64,000 bases of DNA from Bdellovibrio sp. GTDB taxonomy: Bacteria; Bdellovibrionota; Bdellovibrionia; Bdellovibrionales; Bdellovibrionaceae. Of the stretch, positions 1 to 9,107 are shown in pieces (position 1 is the first letter of the stretch; every line of letters starts with the position of its first letter). The notes beneath the pieces were generated by a model. That model ran no database searches. It was not told where the DNA came from and saw only the letters and a program-made list of their open reading frames with translations. A program made the translations under genes and the position numbers. The DNA is taken from the NCBI GenBank assembly GCA_036677065.1, contig JAKFBS010000008.1, positions 1 through 64,000 on the forward strand. Direction: 5' to 3'.

Positions 1-312
1 TTAGTTCGCTTTTCAAAAAGATCTTACGGCCAGCATTTTTTGCGTGTCGTGGCGGGACAAATTGCTCAGCAGTTTAAAAATAATGGATTTTTAGCCGCAA
101 GAAATGTGACCGATACCCCAGCAAGCTCGGTAAAATCCGTAAAGCTATGGAAGTACAGGCCTTTTACGCGTGTGATTCAGGGATGGAAGCCCTATCTGAT
201 TGTTAGAAACTATATTCAACTTAATATTAAAGAAGCTGCTGGCGAAATAAAATATAAACCGCAGCGCTTAAAAGGGCTTTCGTCATCCGAGTGGGAAGTG
301 TTGTGGGCTTAA
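1..312 (+). CDS. 5'-truncated CDS, C-terminal part of a Y1/IS200-like (RAYT-type) transposase-domain protein
   Basis: Frame 1 is open from base 1 (LVRFSKRSYGQHFLRVVAGQIAQ...LWKYRPFTRVI...VRNYIQLN). The W-x-x-R-P-F-T-R and Y-I-x-x-N pattern resembles Y1 HUH transposase C-termini. The HUH motif would lie outside the window. Confidence 0.45.
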   Translation, partial: LVRFSKRSYGQHFLRVVAGQIAQQFKNNGFLAARNVTDTPASSVKSVKLWKYRPFTRVIQGWKPYLIVRNYIQLNIKEAAGEIKYKPQRLKGLSSSEWEVLWA

Positions 313-346
313 AAAACAAAACCCACATCTCGTTAAAGATGTGGGT
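311..346 (-). terminator. Intrinsic terminator between convergent genes
   Basis: 10-bp stem acccacatct (321-330) / agatgtgggt (337-346), followed by a U-rich run on the minus strand. Confidence 0.7.
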
Positions 347-383
347 CATGACAAGGGTTTAAAATAATCTGTATCCCTTTTTT

Positions 384-3377
384 TTATTTTTTCTTATTTT
401 TTTTCTTTTTATCACAATCGTCTTTGTCTTTTGAACTTCTGTGTTTGTCCTTATGTTCGCAAGGGTGTTTTGGATCAGGTTTCGGTGGAGTCGGTGGTTT
501 CACCGGATCTTTTGGCTTACAAGGCTTTTTATCTTTGTACCAACCTAAGTGTAAACCAGAGTCTGCGTGTTTACCGTCGTGGTTTACACCTAAATGTTTA
601 CCGTTGTTAGATTTAACATCGATTTCACATTGTTCTTCTCCAGGTTTTGGCGGCGGAATTGTAACCGGAGGTTTGTTGCCATGTTGGCAAGTTAAACTTG
701 GATCAATCACAAATTTACCGTTATTACATAATGTGATTTCAGCTTCGCAACGTGAACCCGCACCAGCCGTAGTGTGTGCAGCCGCCCATAATGTAAAACC
801 ATGCGGAATCGTGATTAGACCGAATAAAATCTTACAAGATTTAGGGCCTTCAACAACACAAGTTGCTGCAGTGTTTGAACCTGATAATACACCATTGTTA
901 CAAGTTCTAGTTTCTGATTGGCAAGATTGGCCATAACCAACACTTGATGATTTGAACGCTTGTACACTAGCACCGCTGGCAATCGTTTTACCGTTGAAAG
1001 TACAAGACTTCGGCGGAGTTACTATTACTGGAGGAGCTACAGTACATGATGCAATCGTGTTTGATCCTGATAACACGCCATTAGAACAAGTGCGATTTTC
1101 AGATTGGCAGATTTGACCGTAAGGCACTTGGCTTGACGAGTAAGCTTTAACCGTTGCCCCGTTGGCTACAACTTGACCGTTGAAAGTACAAGACTTAGCA
1201 GGTTCTACAGAACAAGAGTTATAAGTGTTTGAACCAGATAATACTCCGTTAGAACAAGATCTGATTTCAGATTTACATGACTGACCATAAGCCACAGAGT
1301 TGGTGGCCCAAGCTTGAACGCTTCCGCCATGAGGTACAGCTGAACCGTTGAAAGAACATGATTTAGCAGACTCAATTGAACATGAACTATAAGTGTTTGA
1401 ACCAGATAAGACACCATTATCACAAGTTCTAGATTCTGATTTACAAGTTTGACCATAAGCCACTGAATTAGTTGTGAAAGCTAGTACACTTGCACCGTGA
1501 GCTACGACCGCACCATTGAAAGAACAAGTTTTAGCTTCTTCTACAGAACATGTTACTACAGTGTTTGAGCCAGACAACACGCCGTTAGAACATGTTCTAG
1601 TTTCTGATTTACAAAGTTGACCATAACCTACTGAAGAAGACGAGTAAGCTTGAACTGATTCGCCATCTTTTAAAGTCTGACCGTTGAAAGAACATGTTTT
1701 TGCTTGTTCAACTTCACATGAGCCGCTTGTGTATGAACCAGATAATGTACCGTTAGCACAAGTTCTAGATTCAGATTCACAAGTTTGACCGATACCTACA
1801 TTAGATTCTTTGAATAAAATCGTACTTTGACCGTGGGCAATTGTTAAACCGTTAATTAAACAGCTCGCAGGTTGCGCTACAGTACAAGAAGCATATTGGC
1901 TTGAACCATCTAATGTTCCATTAAAACAAGATCTTTCTTCAGCCACACAAGATTCGCCAAAACCAACTGTTGATGTCGCAAAAGCCTGAACAGTTTGATT
2001 GTGAGCAATGGTTTGACCGTTGAATAAACAGCTTGCCGCCTGAGTTGTGCTACAAGATGCGTATTGATTTGAGCCTGATAAAATTCCGTTATCACAAGTT
2101 CTAGTATCAGAGATACACATGTCACCGAAATTTACTGTTGAAGATGGAAAAGCTTCAACGCTTTGACCGTGAGCTACAGTTTGACCGTTGAATAAACAGC
2201 TTTTCGCTGCATCAACATTACATGAACCGTATTGGTAGCTTCCAGACATTACGCCATTTTCACAAGAACGCTGTTCAGATACACATGATCCGCCAAATGC
2301 AGCAGACGAGTTTTGAAATGCTGTGATTAATTGACCGTGAGCAATTGTTTCGCCGTTAAATAAACAGCTTTGTGGTACATCAACGTTACAAGAAGCATAA
2401 GCACTTGAACCTGATAAAATTCCATTATCACAAGTTCTTGTTTCTGCAGTACAAGTTTGACCGTAAGGTACGCTTGAATTCGCAAAACCATTTACTTGTG
2501 ATCCGTGCGCTACCGTTTGGCCGTTGAATAAACAGCTTGCCGCTGCATCCACGTTACAAGAAGCGTAAGCACTAGAACCAGATAACACACCGTTATTACA
2601 AGAACGTTGTTCAGCTGTACAAGTTTCGCCGTAAGCTACAGTTGAATTAGCAAAGGCGTTGACGTTAGATCCGTGCGCTACAGTCTGACCGTTGAATAAA
2701 CAACTTGCCGCTGCATCTACGCTACAAGAACCGAAAGAATTTGATCCTGATAAGACACCGTTATTACAAGAGCGTTGTTCAGCTGTACAAGTTTCGCCGA
2801 ACGCTACAGTTGAATTTGCAAACGCACTTACGTTAGACCCATGCGCTACAGTTTGGCCGTTGAATAAACAACTTGCCGCTGTGTCTACAGCACATGATCC
2901 ATAAGAATTTGATCCTGATAATGAACCATTATTACAAGTACGTTGTTCAGATACACATGATGAGCCGTAAGCTACAGTTGAATTTTGAAACGCTTCAACT
3001 GAAGAGGCGTGGGCAATTGTTTGACCGTTGAATAAACAACTTGCCGGGCCGGCAACAGTACATGATGCATATTGATAGCTTCCTGCTAACACACCATCAT
3101 TACAGCGTCTAATTTGCGAAACGCAGGTTGAACCGTAAAGTACCGTAGAGTTTTGATACCCAGTTACAGATGAGCCATGTAAGACTGTTTGGCCGTTGAA
3201 TGAACAGTTGGCGTAATCAGATGGAATATCTGGGCCACTTACGGCAAAGCTAGTGTTCGAGAAATCACGATTCGCATCAGTTACCGAAGCAGGTGCTGGA
3301 CCGCCACTCTTAGGGCTACAGCTTGAAATACTTACGGCAAGTAATGCAATTAGGGCGATTTTGTTAAAAACAGTCAT
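384..3377 (-). CDS. Large Cys-rich repeat lipoprotein (putative surface/adhesin protein)
   Basis: Lipobox-like ISSC at residue 20; tandem 56-aa repeats with 4 Cys each; Pro/Lys-rich C-terminus. Confidence 0.85.
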   Translation of the reverse strand: MTVFNKIALIALLAVSISSCSPKSGGPAPASVTDANRDFSNTSFAVSGPDIPSDYANCSFNGQTVLHGSSVTGYQNSTVLYGSTCVSQIRRCNDGVLAGSYQYASCTVAGPASCLFNGQTIAHASSVEAFQNSTVAYGSSCVSEQRTCNNGSLSGSNSYGSCAVDTAASCLFNGQTVAHGSNVSAFANSTVAFGETCTAEQRSCNNGVLSGSNSFGSCSVDAAASCLFNGQTVAHGSNVNAFANSTVAYGETCTAEQRSCNNGVLSGSSAYASCNVDAAASCLFNGQTVAHGSQVNGFANSSVPYGQTCTAETRTCDNGILSGSSAYASCNVDVPQSCLFNGETIAHGQLITAFQNSSAAFGGSCVSEQRSCENGVMSGSYQYGSCNVDAAKSCLFNGQTVAHGQSVEAFPSSTVNFGDMCISDTRTCDNGILSGSNQYASCSTTQAASCLFNGQTIAHNQTVQAFATSTVGFGESCVAEERSCFNGTLDGSSQYASCTVAQPASCLINGLTIAHGQSTILFKESNVGIGQTCESESRTCANGTLSGSYTSGSCEVEQAKTCSFNGQTLKDGESVQAYSSSSVGYGQLCKSETRTCSNGVLSGSNTVVTCSVEEAKTCSFNGAVVAHGASVLAFTTNSVAYGQTCKSESRTCDNGVLSGSNTYSSCSIESAKSCSFNGSAVPHGGSVQAWATNSVAYGQSCKSEIRSCSNGVLSGSNTYNSCSVEPAKSCTFNGQVVANGATVKAYSSSQVPYGQICQSENRTCSNGVLSGSNTIASCTVAPPVIVTPPKSCTFNGKTIASGASVQAFKSSSVGYGQSCQSETRTCNNGVLSGSNTAATCVVEGPKSCKILFGLITIPHGFTLWAAAHTTAGAGSRCEAEITLCNNGKFVIDPSLTCQHGNKPPVTIPPPKPGEEQCEIDVKSNNGKHLGVNHDGKHADSGLHLGWYKDKKPCKPKDPVKPPTPPKPDPKHPCEHKDKHRSSKDKDDCDKKKKNKKK
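687..3209 (-). repeat. Intragenic tandem repeat: 14 full plus 1 degenerate copy of a 168-nt (56-aa) unit
   Basis: Unit approximately SC(L/S/T)FNGQTVAHG-x-VxAFxxSxVxYGxxCxSExRxCxNGVLSGSNxxxSCxV; recurring DNA word ccgttgaa on the + strand. Confidence 0.95.
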
Positions 3378-3563
3378 TTTTGACTCCTTGTCAATCTAGG
3401 TTCAGTTTCGGCGAATTCTGTGAAAACTACACATTTAAAACCTTAAAATCTCCACTTAATACAGGGGTTTACAAAGGTGCATTTTTTTGACTAAATGTTA
3501 GATAGTTAGTTTTAAAATAGAGTAAAAAAATTAGACAAATTTTTTCAACCAAGGAGCGCCTTA

Positions 3564-4412
3564 ATTTTTTCTTCATATTTAGCCTTAGTCATTGCGATGC
3601 TTTCAATTCAATTCGGTGCTTCAGTGGCCAAGGGTTTATTTACTGATTTAGGCCCTGCAGGTACCACAGCATTACGCGTATTTTTTGCAGCTCTTATATT
3701 AGTAGCTATTGCTAATCCCATTAAAAACAAATCCATCTTCAAAAGCATTATTGCTGACCGTGCACAACTGGGGTTGATCGCAGTTTATGGATTATCACTG
3801 GGGTTAATGAATATATTTTTTTACTTTTCGATACAGAAAATTCCCTTAGGGTTAGCCGTAACCTTAGAATTTACAGGGCCACTAGCCGTATCTGTTTTAT
3901 ATTCGCGTAAATGGCGCGATATTTTATGGGTGATCTTGGCCGCCGCAGGGATTGGAATTTTATTCTATCACAGTGGTGAGGCTAAAATTGATTACTTCGG
4001 CATGTTCTTAGCCTTAGTGGCTGCATTTTTTTGGGGATTGTATATTATCTTTGGTAAAAAAGCGGTTCGTAGCGGACATGCCAGTTTAATTGTTTCTAGT
4101 CTGGGAATGTGTTTTGCCGCCGTGTTGGCTTTACCCTTAGGTTTATATATAAATACAACCCAAGTCATAAATCCAAATTATTGGTTGGCCGGCTTAGGTG
4201 TGGCCGTCTTATCAAGTGCTTTGCCGTACAGCTTAGAATTAAAAGCGATGCAAAAGATTCCAGAGAAAACTTTTGGGATTTTAATGAGTTTTGAGCCAGT
4301 GGTAGCTACGTTAGTCGGATTTGTATTTTTACATGAAACTTTAGATATCATTCAATTTACAGCCATGGCCTTAGTTATTGCCGCCTGTGTAGGAAGTTCT
4401 TATGAATCATGA
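3564..4412 (+). CDS. EamA/DMT-family (RhtA-like) amino-acid exporter; start either ATT at 3564 or ATG at 3597
   Basis: AMLSIQFGASVAK, LEFTGPL and ALPYSLE motifs typical of RhtA; about 10 TM segments. Confidence 0.85.
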   Translation: MFSSYLALVIAMLSIQFGASVAKGLFTDLGPAGTTALRVFFAALILVAIANPIKNKSIFKSIIADRAQLGLIAVYGLSLGLMNIFFYFSIQKIPLGLAVTLEFTGPLAVSVLYSRKWRDILWVILAAAGIGILFYHSGEAKIDYFGMFLALVAAFFWGLYIIFGKKAVRSGHASLIVSSLGMCFAAVLALPLGLYINTTQVINPNYWLAGLGVAVLSSALPYSLELKAMQKIPEKTFGILMSFEPVVATLVGFVFLHETLDIIQFTAMALVIAACVGSSYES

Positions 4413-5082
4413 ACAGTTAGGGCCTGAATTTAATTTAGAAACTTTTTTAAACGCGCGCACGGTTTGTCAAAAAGCAGCTGATGAAATCATTTCGCGTATC
4501 GAAATTGGAATGACTGAAAAAGACGGGCAGATTCTTGTTAAAGATGTGTTTAAAGAGTTGGGTGTACTTAAGTTCTGGCATCCGACAAAGTTTCGCATGT
4601 GTAGCGACACGACAAAAACTTTTCGTGACTTACCCGATGATAATTTAAAGTGCCAAGATCAAGATTTAGTTTTTATTGATATCGGGCCAATCATAGATAA
4701 TCACGAAGCAGATTTTGGACGAACTATAGTTTTAAATAAAGCAGGTGCTCAGTTAGATGCAAATTATGTAAAGCTAGCTAACGCGAGTGAATTGATTTTT
4801 CGCGAAACAGAAAAGCACTGGCAACAAACGGGTGCTACCGGCATTAAATTATTTGAATTTGCCCAGAATAAAACCAGCGAGCTTGGTTATCGTTTAGATC
4901 ACCGAATGGCTGGGCACCGCCTTGGTGATTTTCCGCATCAGCTTTATTCAAAACATAAACTTTTTGAGTTCGAACAAAGCCCTGTTAAAAACATTTGGGT
5001 CTTAGAAATTCATATCGTAGACGATGAAAAACAGCGCGGGTCATTTTTTGAAGACATCATGACGGGACATTTTGCTCTTTAG
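4402..5082 (+). CDS. M24 (pita-bread fold) metallopeptidase-like protein
   Basis: Metal-ligand pattern DIGP...EADFGRT...GHRLG..PH...E-I-H...FFED. Confidence 0.7.
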   Translation: MNHEQLGPEFNLETFLNARTVCQKAADEIISRIEIGMTEKDGQILVKDVFKELGVLKFWHPTKFRMCSDTTKTFRDLPDDNLKCQDQDLVFIDIGPIIDNHEADFGRTIVLNKAGAQLDANYVKLANASELIFRETEKHWQQTGATGIKLFEFAQNKTSELGYRLDHRMAGHRLGDFPHQLYSKHKLFEFEQSPVKNIWVLEIHIVDDEKQRGSFFEDIMTGHFAL

Positions 5083-5148
5083 CGTGGCGAAACGCCCCTC
5101 TGGAATATTGCAAGAATAAACACATACGACTTAACTCTGTATTTTTGG

Positions 5149-5164
5149 TGGCGCAGTCATTGCA
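5149..5164 (+). promoter_or_regulatory. sigma54 (-24/-12) promoter
   Basis: TGGCGCA-GTCA-TTGCA fits TGGCACG-N4-TTGCW, about 35 nt upstream of the ATG at 5199. Confidence 0.7.
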
Positions 5165-5198
5165 AACATCAAACAAATCACAGGATTAGGGGAATGGT

Positions 5199-5750
5199 AT
5201 GAAATTGTTTTTGCGTTGTCTTGTCGTTATTTCGTTAGTGGGTTCATTGTTTGCCATCGAAGCATTGGCCATGATCTCAGAGCAAACTCGCCAAGCAGCT
5301 ACTAGTTTAGGTGCTGCCAACTTAGGTGAAATTGAATTTGTCGCTGGTTCTGATGCCTTAACTGATCAGAGTCGGGCAGAAATTCGTAATGTCGTTGATG
5401 AAGCCCGCCAAAAGGGCCAGCTCGATTATATAAATGTCTTAGCTTGGTCTGACCAAGAATATCCAGCAAGTAAAACTTCGCAAAGTAAAGCCAATGTAAC
5501 TTTAGCTAAACGAAGAATCGAAACTGTAAAAGCTTTTTTAAAAAGTGATTTAAAGATTAAAGACGTTTCTGGATTTAATATGGCCAAGCGTCCTGGGGCC
5601 CTAAGAGAATTTTTAAAAACAAAAGATGCTCGCGTTAAAAAAACGACCGAAGTGGCGGGGGCTGCTCCGGTGCAAGATTCTGAAACTGGTTTATTTGGTG
5701 AAAAGGGGCAGGCTTCTAAAGCAGTATTGATGATTTTCACAAAAAAGTAG
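5199..5750 (+). CDS. Secreted protein with OmpA-like C-terminal fold
   Basis: Signal peptide; IEFVAGSDAL and NVTLAKRRIETVKAFL resemble the OmpA-C N-x-x-L-S-x-x-R-A motif (degenerate). Confidence 0.55.
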   Translation: MKLFLRCLVVISLVGSLFAIEALAMISEQTRQAATSLGAANLGEIEFVAGSDALTDQSRAEIRNVVDEARQKGQLDYINVLAWSDQEYPASKTSQSKANVTLAKRRIETVKAFLKSDLKIKDVSGFNMAKRPGALREFLKTKDARVKKTTEVAGAAPVQDSETGLFGEKGQASKAVLMIFTKK

Positions 5751-5843
5751 TTAACGACAAGTTTAAAATAATTCACGAACCCGGTCTGCATTTGGATCGA
5801 TTAATCAAAACAAATAAGGTGTTTGAAACGCCAAGGAGAAAAA

Positions 5844-6164
5844 ATGGAAACGACTTCTGATATCAAAAATCAATTTAATTCAAAAGCTGATAAATACAGT
5901 GATAAAGCGTCTCACGCAGCTGAAAAAATCAGTGATAAAGCAACTCATGCAGTAGATCGCGCACGTCGTGCCGGTGAAGAGTTTTTAGAAACTCCAATTG
6001 CAGAACGTATGTCTGAAGCACTTTCTGGTTTAAGAACTAGATCAGTCGAAGCCTACGATACATCAATCTCAGCGGTTCGCCGTAATCCGGCAGCTTGGCT
6101 AGGTGCCGCAGTTGGTGTGGGCGTAATCGCCGGCCTGTTATTTGGCCGTCGTCGTTCAAGTTAA
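5844..6164 (+). CDS. ElaB/YqjD/DUF883-family tail-anchored protein
   Basis: Amphipathic N-terminus, then VRRNP-AAWLGAAVGVGVIAGLLFGRRR tail; SD aggag before ATG 5844. Confidence 0.75.
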   Translation: METTSDIKNQFNSKADKYSDKASHAAEKISDKATHAVDRARRAGEEFLETPIAERMSEALSGLRTRSVEAYDTSISAVRRNPAAWLGAAVGVGVIAGLLFGRRRSS

Positions 6165-6177
6165 TTTTTTTAAAAAC

Positions 6178-6204
6178 AGGCTCTGACTCACCAGGGCCTT
6201 TTTT
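6178..6204 (+). terminator. Intra-operon terminator-like hairpin
   Basis: aggctctg/cagggcct stem followed by a T run. Confidence 0.5.
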
Positions 6205-6222
6205 CTTTGGGGGGCCAGAGCT

Positions 6223-6672
6223 ATGTTTAAAATTCTTCGTTTTATAGGATCATTTTTATTTGGTAAGCGCATGTTGCAGATTCCATATGAAGTGATCGTT
6301 GACTATGCTTTAGCTCGGGTCAAAGTCATGGCCCAATCTGCCGCTCTGAGTTTAGTAGGAATCATCTTACTGCTGACTGGTTTTTTAGTCTCATTTTTTA
6401 ATACTTTATCTACTTATGATTTAAAAGGTTATTTCTTGTTATCAGCAGTGGCAGCTGGTGGCTTGGGGATTTGCGTTCTAGGAATTGTGTTTTTGGTGGT
6501 CGCAAATTTAAGAAAAGAGCACGCCGTAAAACCGTCCGAAGTTATTCACGGAGCACACTCGCCGATTGAAGACGCCTTAGCGGTATTAATTACGGATTTT
6601 GTGAACAACAGAAGAGAAAAACACGAACATCACGCGCATCATACTAGAGATGCTGCAACAGGAGCTGTATAA
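6223..6672 (+). CDS. Two-TM membrane protein (YqjE/phage-holin-like by position)
   Basis: Two hydrophobic segments; follows the ElaB-like gene; His-rich tail. Confidence 0.5.
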   Translation: MFKILRFIGSFLFGKRMLQIPYEVIVDYALARVKVMAQSAALSLVGIILLLTGFLVSFFNTLSTYDLKGYFLLSAVAAGGLGICVLGIVFLVVANLRKEHAVKPSEVIHGAHSPIEDALAVLITDFVNNRREKHEHHAHHTRDAATGAV

Positions 6673-8129
6673 TGAAATCATTGAATGCAACTGGGCGTTT
6701 AGCCATAGTCGAAGATGATCAAGACATGTCAGAAGTGATTGAAGCGTTTTTTAAACCACGCGGTTTTGACGTAACAACATTTTCAACACCGCTTGATGCT
6801 TTAGCGAGCTTAAAAAAAAACCAAGAAAATTTCGATGTTATCATTACCGATTTAATGATGCCCGAACTTTCTGGGATCGAATTCACTCAACGGTTACATG
6901 ATGAAGACATAGATATTCCCGTGATCTTAGTGACTGGGCATAACGATGTTGATTTAGCTGTGCAAACAGTTGAAGTCGGAGCCTATGATTTTATTTTAAA
7001 ACCAATTCCTTTTCCTAATTTATTAACCTCTGTTCAGCGAGCGATGCATTACCGTAAAGTCAGCGGTGAAAACAAAGTTCTAAAAGCAGTGATTCAAAAC
7101 AAAGAAGGTACCGGTGTAACTGGTATCATCGGTAAATCTGCAGGCTTTCGCCAGGCACTGGATTTAGCGAAAAAAGTAGCGTCAAGCCAAGCGCATATCT
7201 TGATCACCGGAGAATCCGGTGCGGGTAAAGAAGTGATCGCAAAGGCTGTGCACCAAATGGGCCCTCGCAGTAAAGAACCTTTTGTGACGATCAATTGCTC
7301 GGCGATTCCTGAAACATTACTAGAGTCAGAACTTTTTGGTCACGCCAAAGGGTCTTTTACCGGCGCCATTGATAAAAAAGTGGGTCTATTTGAAGAAGCT
7401 GAAGGCGGAACTCTATTCTTAGATGAAATCGGGGATATGACCTTGCAGTTACAAGCTAAATTACTTCGCGTGCTGCAAGAAAAGAAAATTCGCCGTATTG
7501 GTGAAAACCAGCAGCGCAATATCGATGTACGCATCGTTGCAGCTACGCATAAAGATTTGCGCTTTGAAGTGCAAGAACGCCGCTTTCGCGAAGATTTATA
7601 CTTTCGTTTAAATGTTATTCCGATTCGTATTCCGCCATTACGCCAACGTAAAGAAGATATCCTTCCCTTAGCTGAATATTTTCTAAAAAAATATTCAGCA
7701 CTCAACGGTATATCTTTAAGTGGTTTTTCGCGTGAAGCGACCGACCATTTATTAAACAATACGTGGCGTGGAAATGTGCGCGAGTTGGAAAACACAGTAG
7801 AACGGGCCGTGGTCTTAGCCACGGGCCCTGTCATTGAGTGTAAAGACTTAGTGGACTTTGAAAAGGTGAACACAGAAGACGTTGTTGATGCGGCTCTTCC
7901 GGTAGTCTCTGCTCCGCCGAAGTTAACCACTGAAATGACTTTAGAAAAAATCGTCATGAATGAACGCACGTTAAAACTTGAAGAGCTATGCCAGATCTAT
8001 ATCTTAAAAGTTTTACGTAAAAATAATGAATCAAAAGAAAAGACGGCTAAAGAATTAGGTATCGACCGCAAAACATTGTACCGAAAACTGGCAGCTATGC
8101 AAAAAACAGAAAACATGTTGCAGCAGTAG
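6672..8129 (+). CDS. sigma54-dependent response regulator (NtrC/AtoC family)
   Basis: Receiver domain, Walker A GESGAGKE, ESELFGH and GSFTGA, WRGNVREL, Fis-type HTH LGIDRKTLYRKL. Confidence 0.95.
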   Translation: MKSLNATGRLAIVEDDQDMSEVIEAFFKPRGFDVTTFSTPLDALASLKKNQENFDVIITDLMMPELSGIEFTQRLHDEDIDIPVILVTGHNDVDLAVQTVEVGAYDFILKPIPFPNLLTSVQRAMHYRKVSGENKVLKAVIQNKEGTGVTGIIGKSAGFRQALDLAKKVASSQAHILITGESGAGKEVIAKAVHQMGPRSKEPFVTINCSAIPETLLESELFGHAKGSFTGAIDKKVGLFEEAEGGTLFLDEIGDMTLQLQAKLLRVLQEKKIRRIGENQQRNIDVRIVAATHKDLRFEVQERRFREDLYFRLNVIPIRIPPLRQRKEDILPLAEYFLKKYSALNGISLSGFSREATDHLLNNTWRGNVRELENTVERAVVLATGPVIECKDLVDFEKVNTEDVVDAALPVVSAPPKLTTEMTLEKIVMNERTLKLEELCQIYILKVLRKNNESKEKTAKELGIDRKTLYRKLAAMQKTENMLQQ

Positions 8130-8144
8130 TTTTAACACTACTGC

Positions 8145-8190
8145 AGAAATAAAAAAAAGCATCGTTATTAACGATGCTTTTTTTATTTCT
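8145..8190. terminator. Bidirectional intrinsic terminator
   Basis: A-run + gcatcgtta / taacgatgc + T-run palindrome between convergent genes. Confidence 0.85.
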
Positions 8191-8204
8191 TGTTAACAAT
8201 TGTA

Positions 8205-8681
8205 TTATACCGCTTTGACTAAAGCCGGGCTAATTGCTGATTGTAGAATGTCTCTAAGACTTTTCAAGATATTCGCAAACGGCTGACGTTTGCTGATGTA
8301 TGAAACCACACGATAAGTGTTGTTTTTATTGGTTCTGCATTCACGTGCTTTGTGTGCAGATAAAATCACCACTGGCGTTTTTTTCATGTTCCATTGCTCT
8401 GAAGCTAACGGATCAATCATCGCATTGCGGTCGGCTTGTTTAAGTGTTTCACCGCCGGTCATATCAGGCAATTCCCAATCCATAATGACTAAATCAAAAT
8501 GGTGTTCAGACATTTGGTTTAACGCTTCGTACGGGTCGTTAGCGACTTCGACGTAGGCTCCATCAAATGCAAATTTGTCTGCTAATACTTCTGCTAGATC
8601 GCGATCGTCTTCGACGATTAAGACTCTTCCTTGACGTGGATGGACTATCTTAGTCGCATTCACGTGCGTTAACTGATTCAT
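8205..8681 (-). CDS. Single-domain response regulator
   Basis: VLIVEDD, DLVIMDWELPDMTG and PVVILSA receiver motifs. Confidence 0.85.
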   Translation of the reverse strand: MNQLTHVNATKIVHPRQGRVLIVEDDRDLAEVLADKFAFDGAYVEVANDPYEALNQMSEHHFDLVIMDWELPDMTGGETLKQADRNAMIDPLASEQWNMKKTPVVILSAHKARECRTNKNNTYRVVSYISKRQPFANILKSLRDILQSAISPALVKAV

Positions 8682-8720
8682 TATTTCACCCCTCTGAAAA
8701 TTCTAGTACCCACTAGAATA

Positions 8721-8736
8721 AGCAAAGGCCAAGCCA
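8721..8736 (-). promoter_or_regulatory. sigma54 (-24/-12) promoter
   Basis: Minus strand TGGCTTG-GCCT-TTGCT, about 40 nt upstream of the receiver gene. Confidence 0.6.
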
Positions 8737-8820
8737 GCAGTAAGAAAGTTTATGCTTGCAGGTGTTAGTTTAAATGAATTTAAGCAGTAAAAATTCCCCA
8801 GCATAGAGAGAATTTGGACT

Positions 8821-9105
8821 TTAATGAGGGAGCGTCGATTTTTTAACAATGCTTTCTAATTCATCAACCAAGTGCGAAGCCGAATCGCTATCATGAGCTT
8901 TAGCTGCAAGTTCTAAAGATTTTCCAACCGTTGAAATTTCAGGAAAGCCGAATGTTGACCCATTGCCTTTAAGTTGGTGGCCGATAGTTTCACAAACGGA
9001 TAAGTCGCCTCGCTGTAAAGCTATACGGCAATTTTCGATGTCGGTAAATCGACGCTCTAAATATTTCAGGATAGCTTCTTTAGGAATATCCATTTCAGTT
9101 TTCAT
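8821..9105 (-). CDS. Hpt (histidine phosphotransfer) protein
   Basis: GHQLKGNGSTFGF matches the Hpt H-x-L-K-G motif. Confidence 0.85.
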   Translation of the reverse strand: MKTEMDIPKEAILKYLERRFTDIENCRIALQRGDLSVCETIGHQLKGNGSTFGFPEISTVGKSLELAAKAHDSDSASHLVDELESIVKKSTLPH

Positions 9106-9107
9106 GT

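Noticed and set aside
311..346. REP element or IS200 end next to the Y1-transposase-like gene
   Set aside because: Single hairpin with a U-tail between convergent genes and no second copy seen in the window; a terminator is the simpler reading.
424..936. 170-aa plus-strand ORF and other antisense or nested ORFs in the track (e.g. 7340-7969, 36887-37465, 61931-62449)
   Set aside because: Shadow frames of well-supported genes, with no independent motifs or SD.
687..3209. CRISPR array
   Set aside because: The 168-nt periodicity is in-frame protein repetition with codon-level variation; there are no unique spacers and no cas genes.
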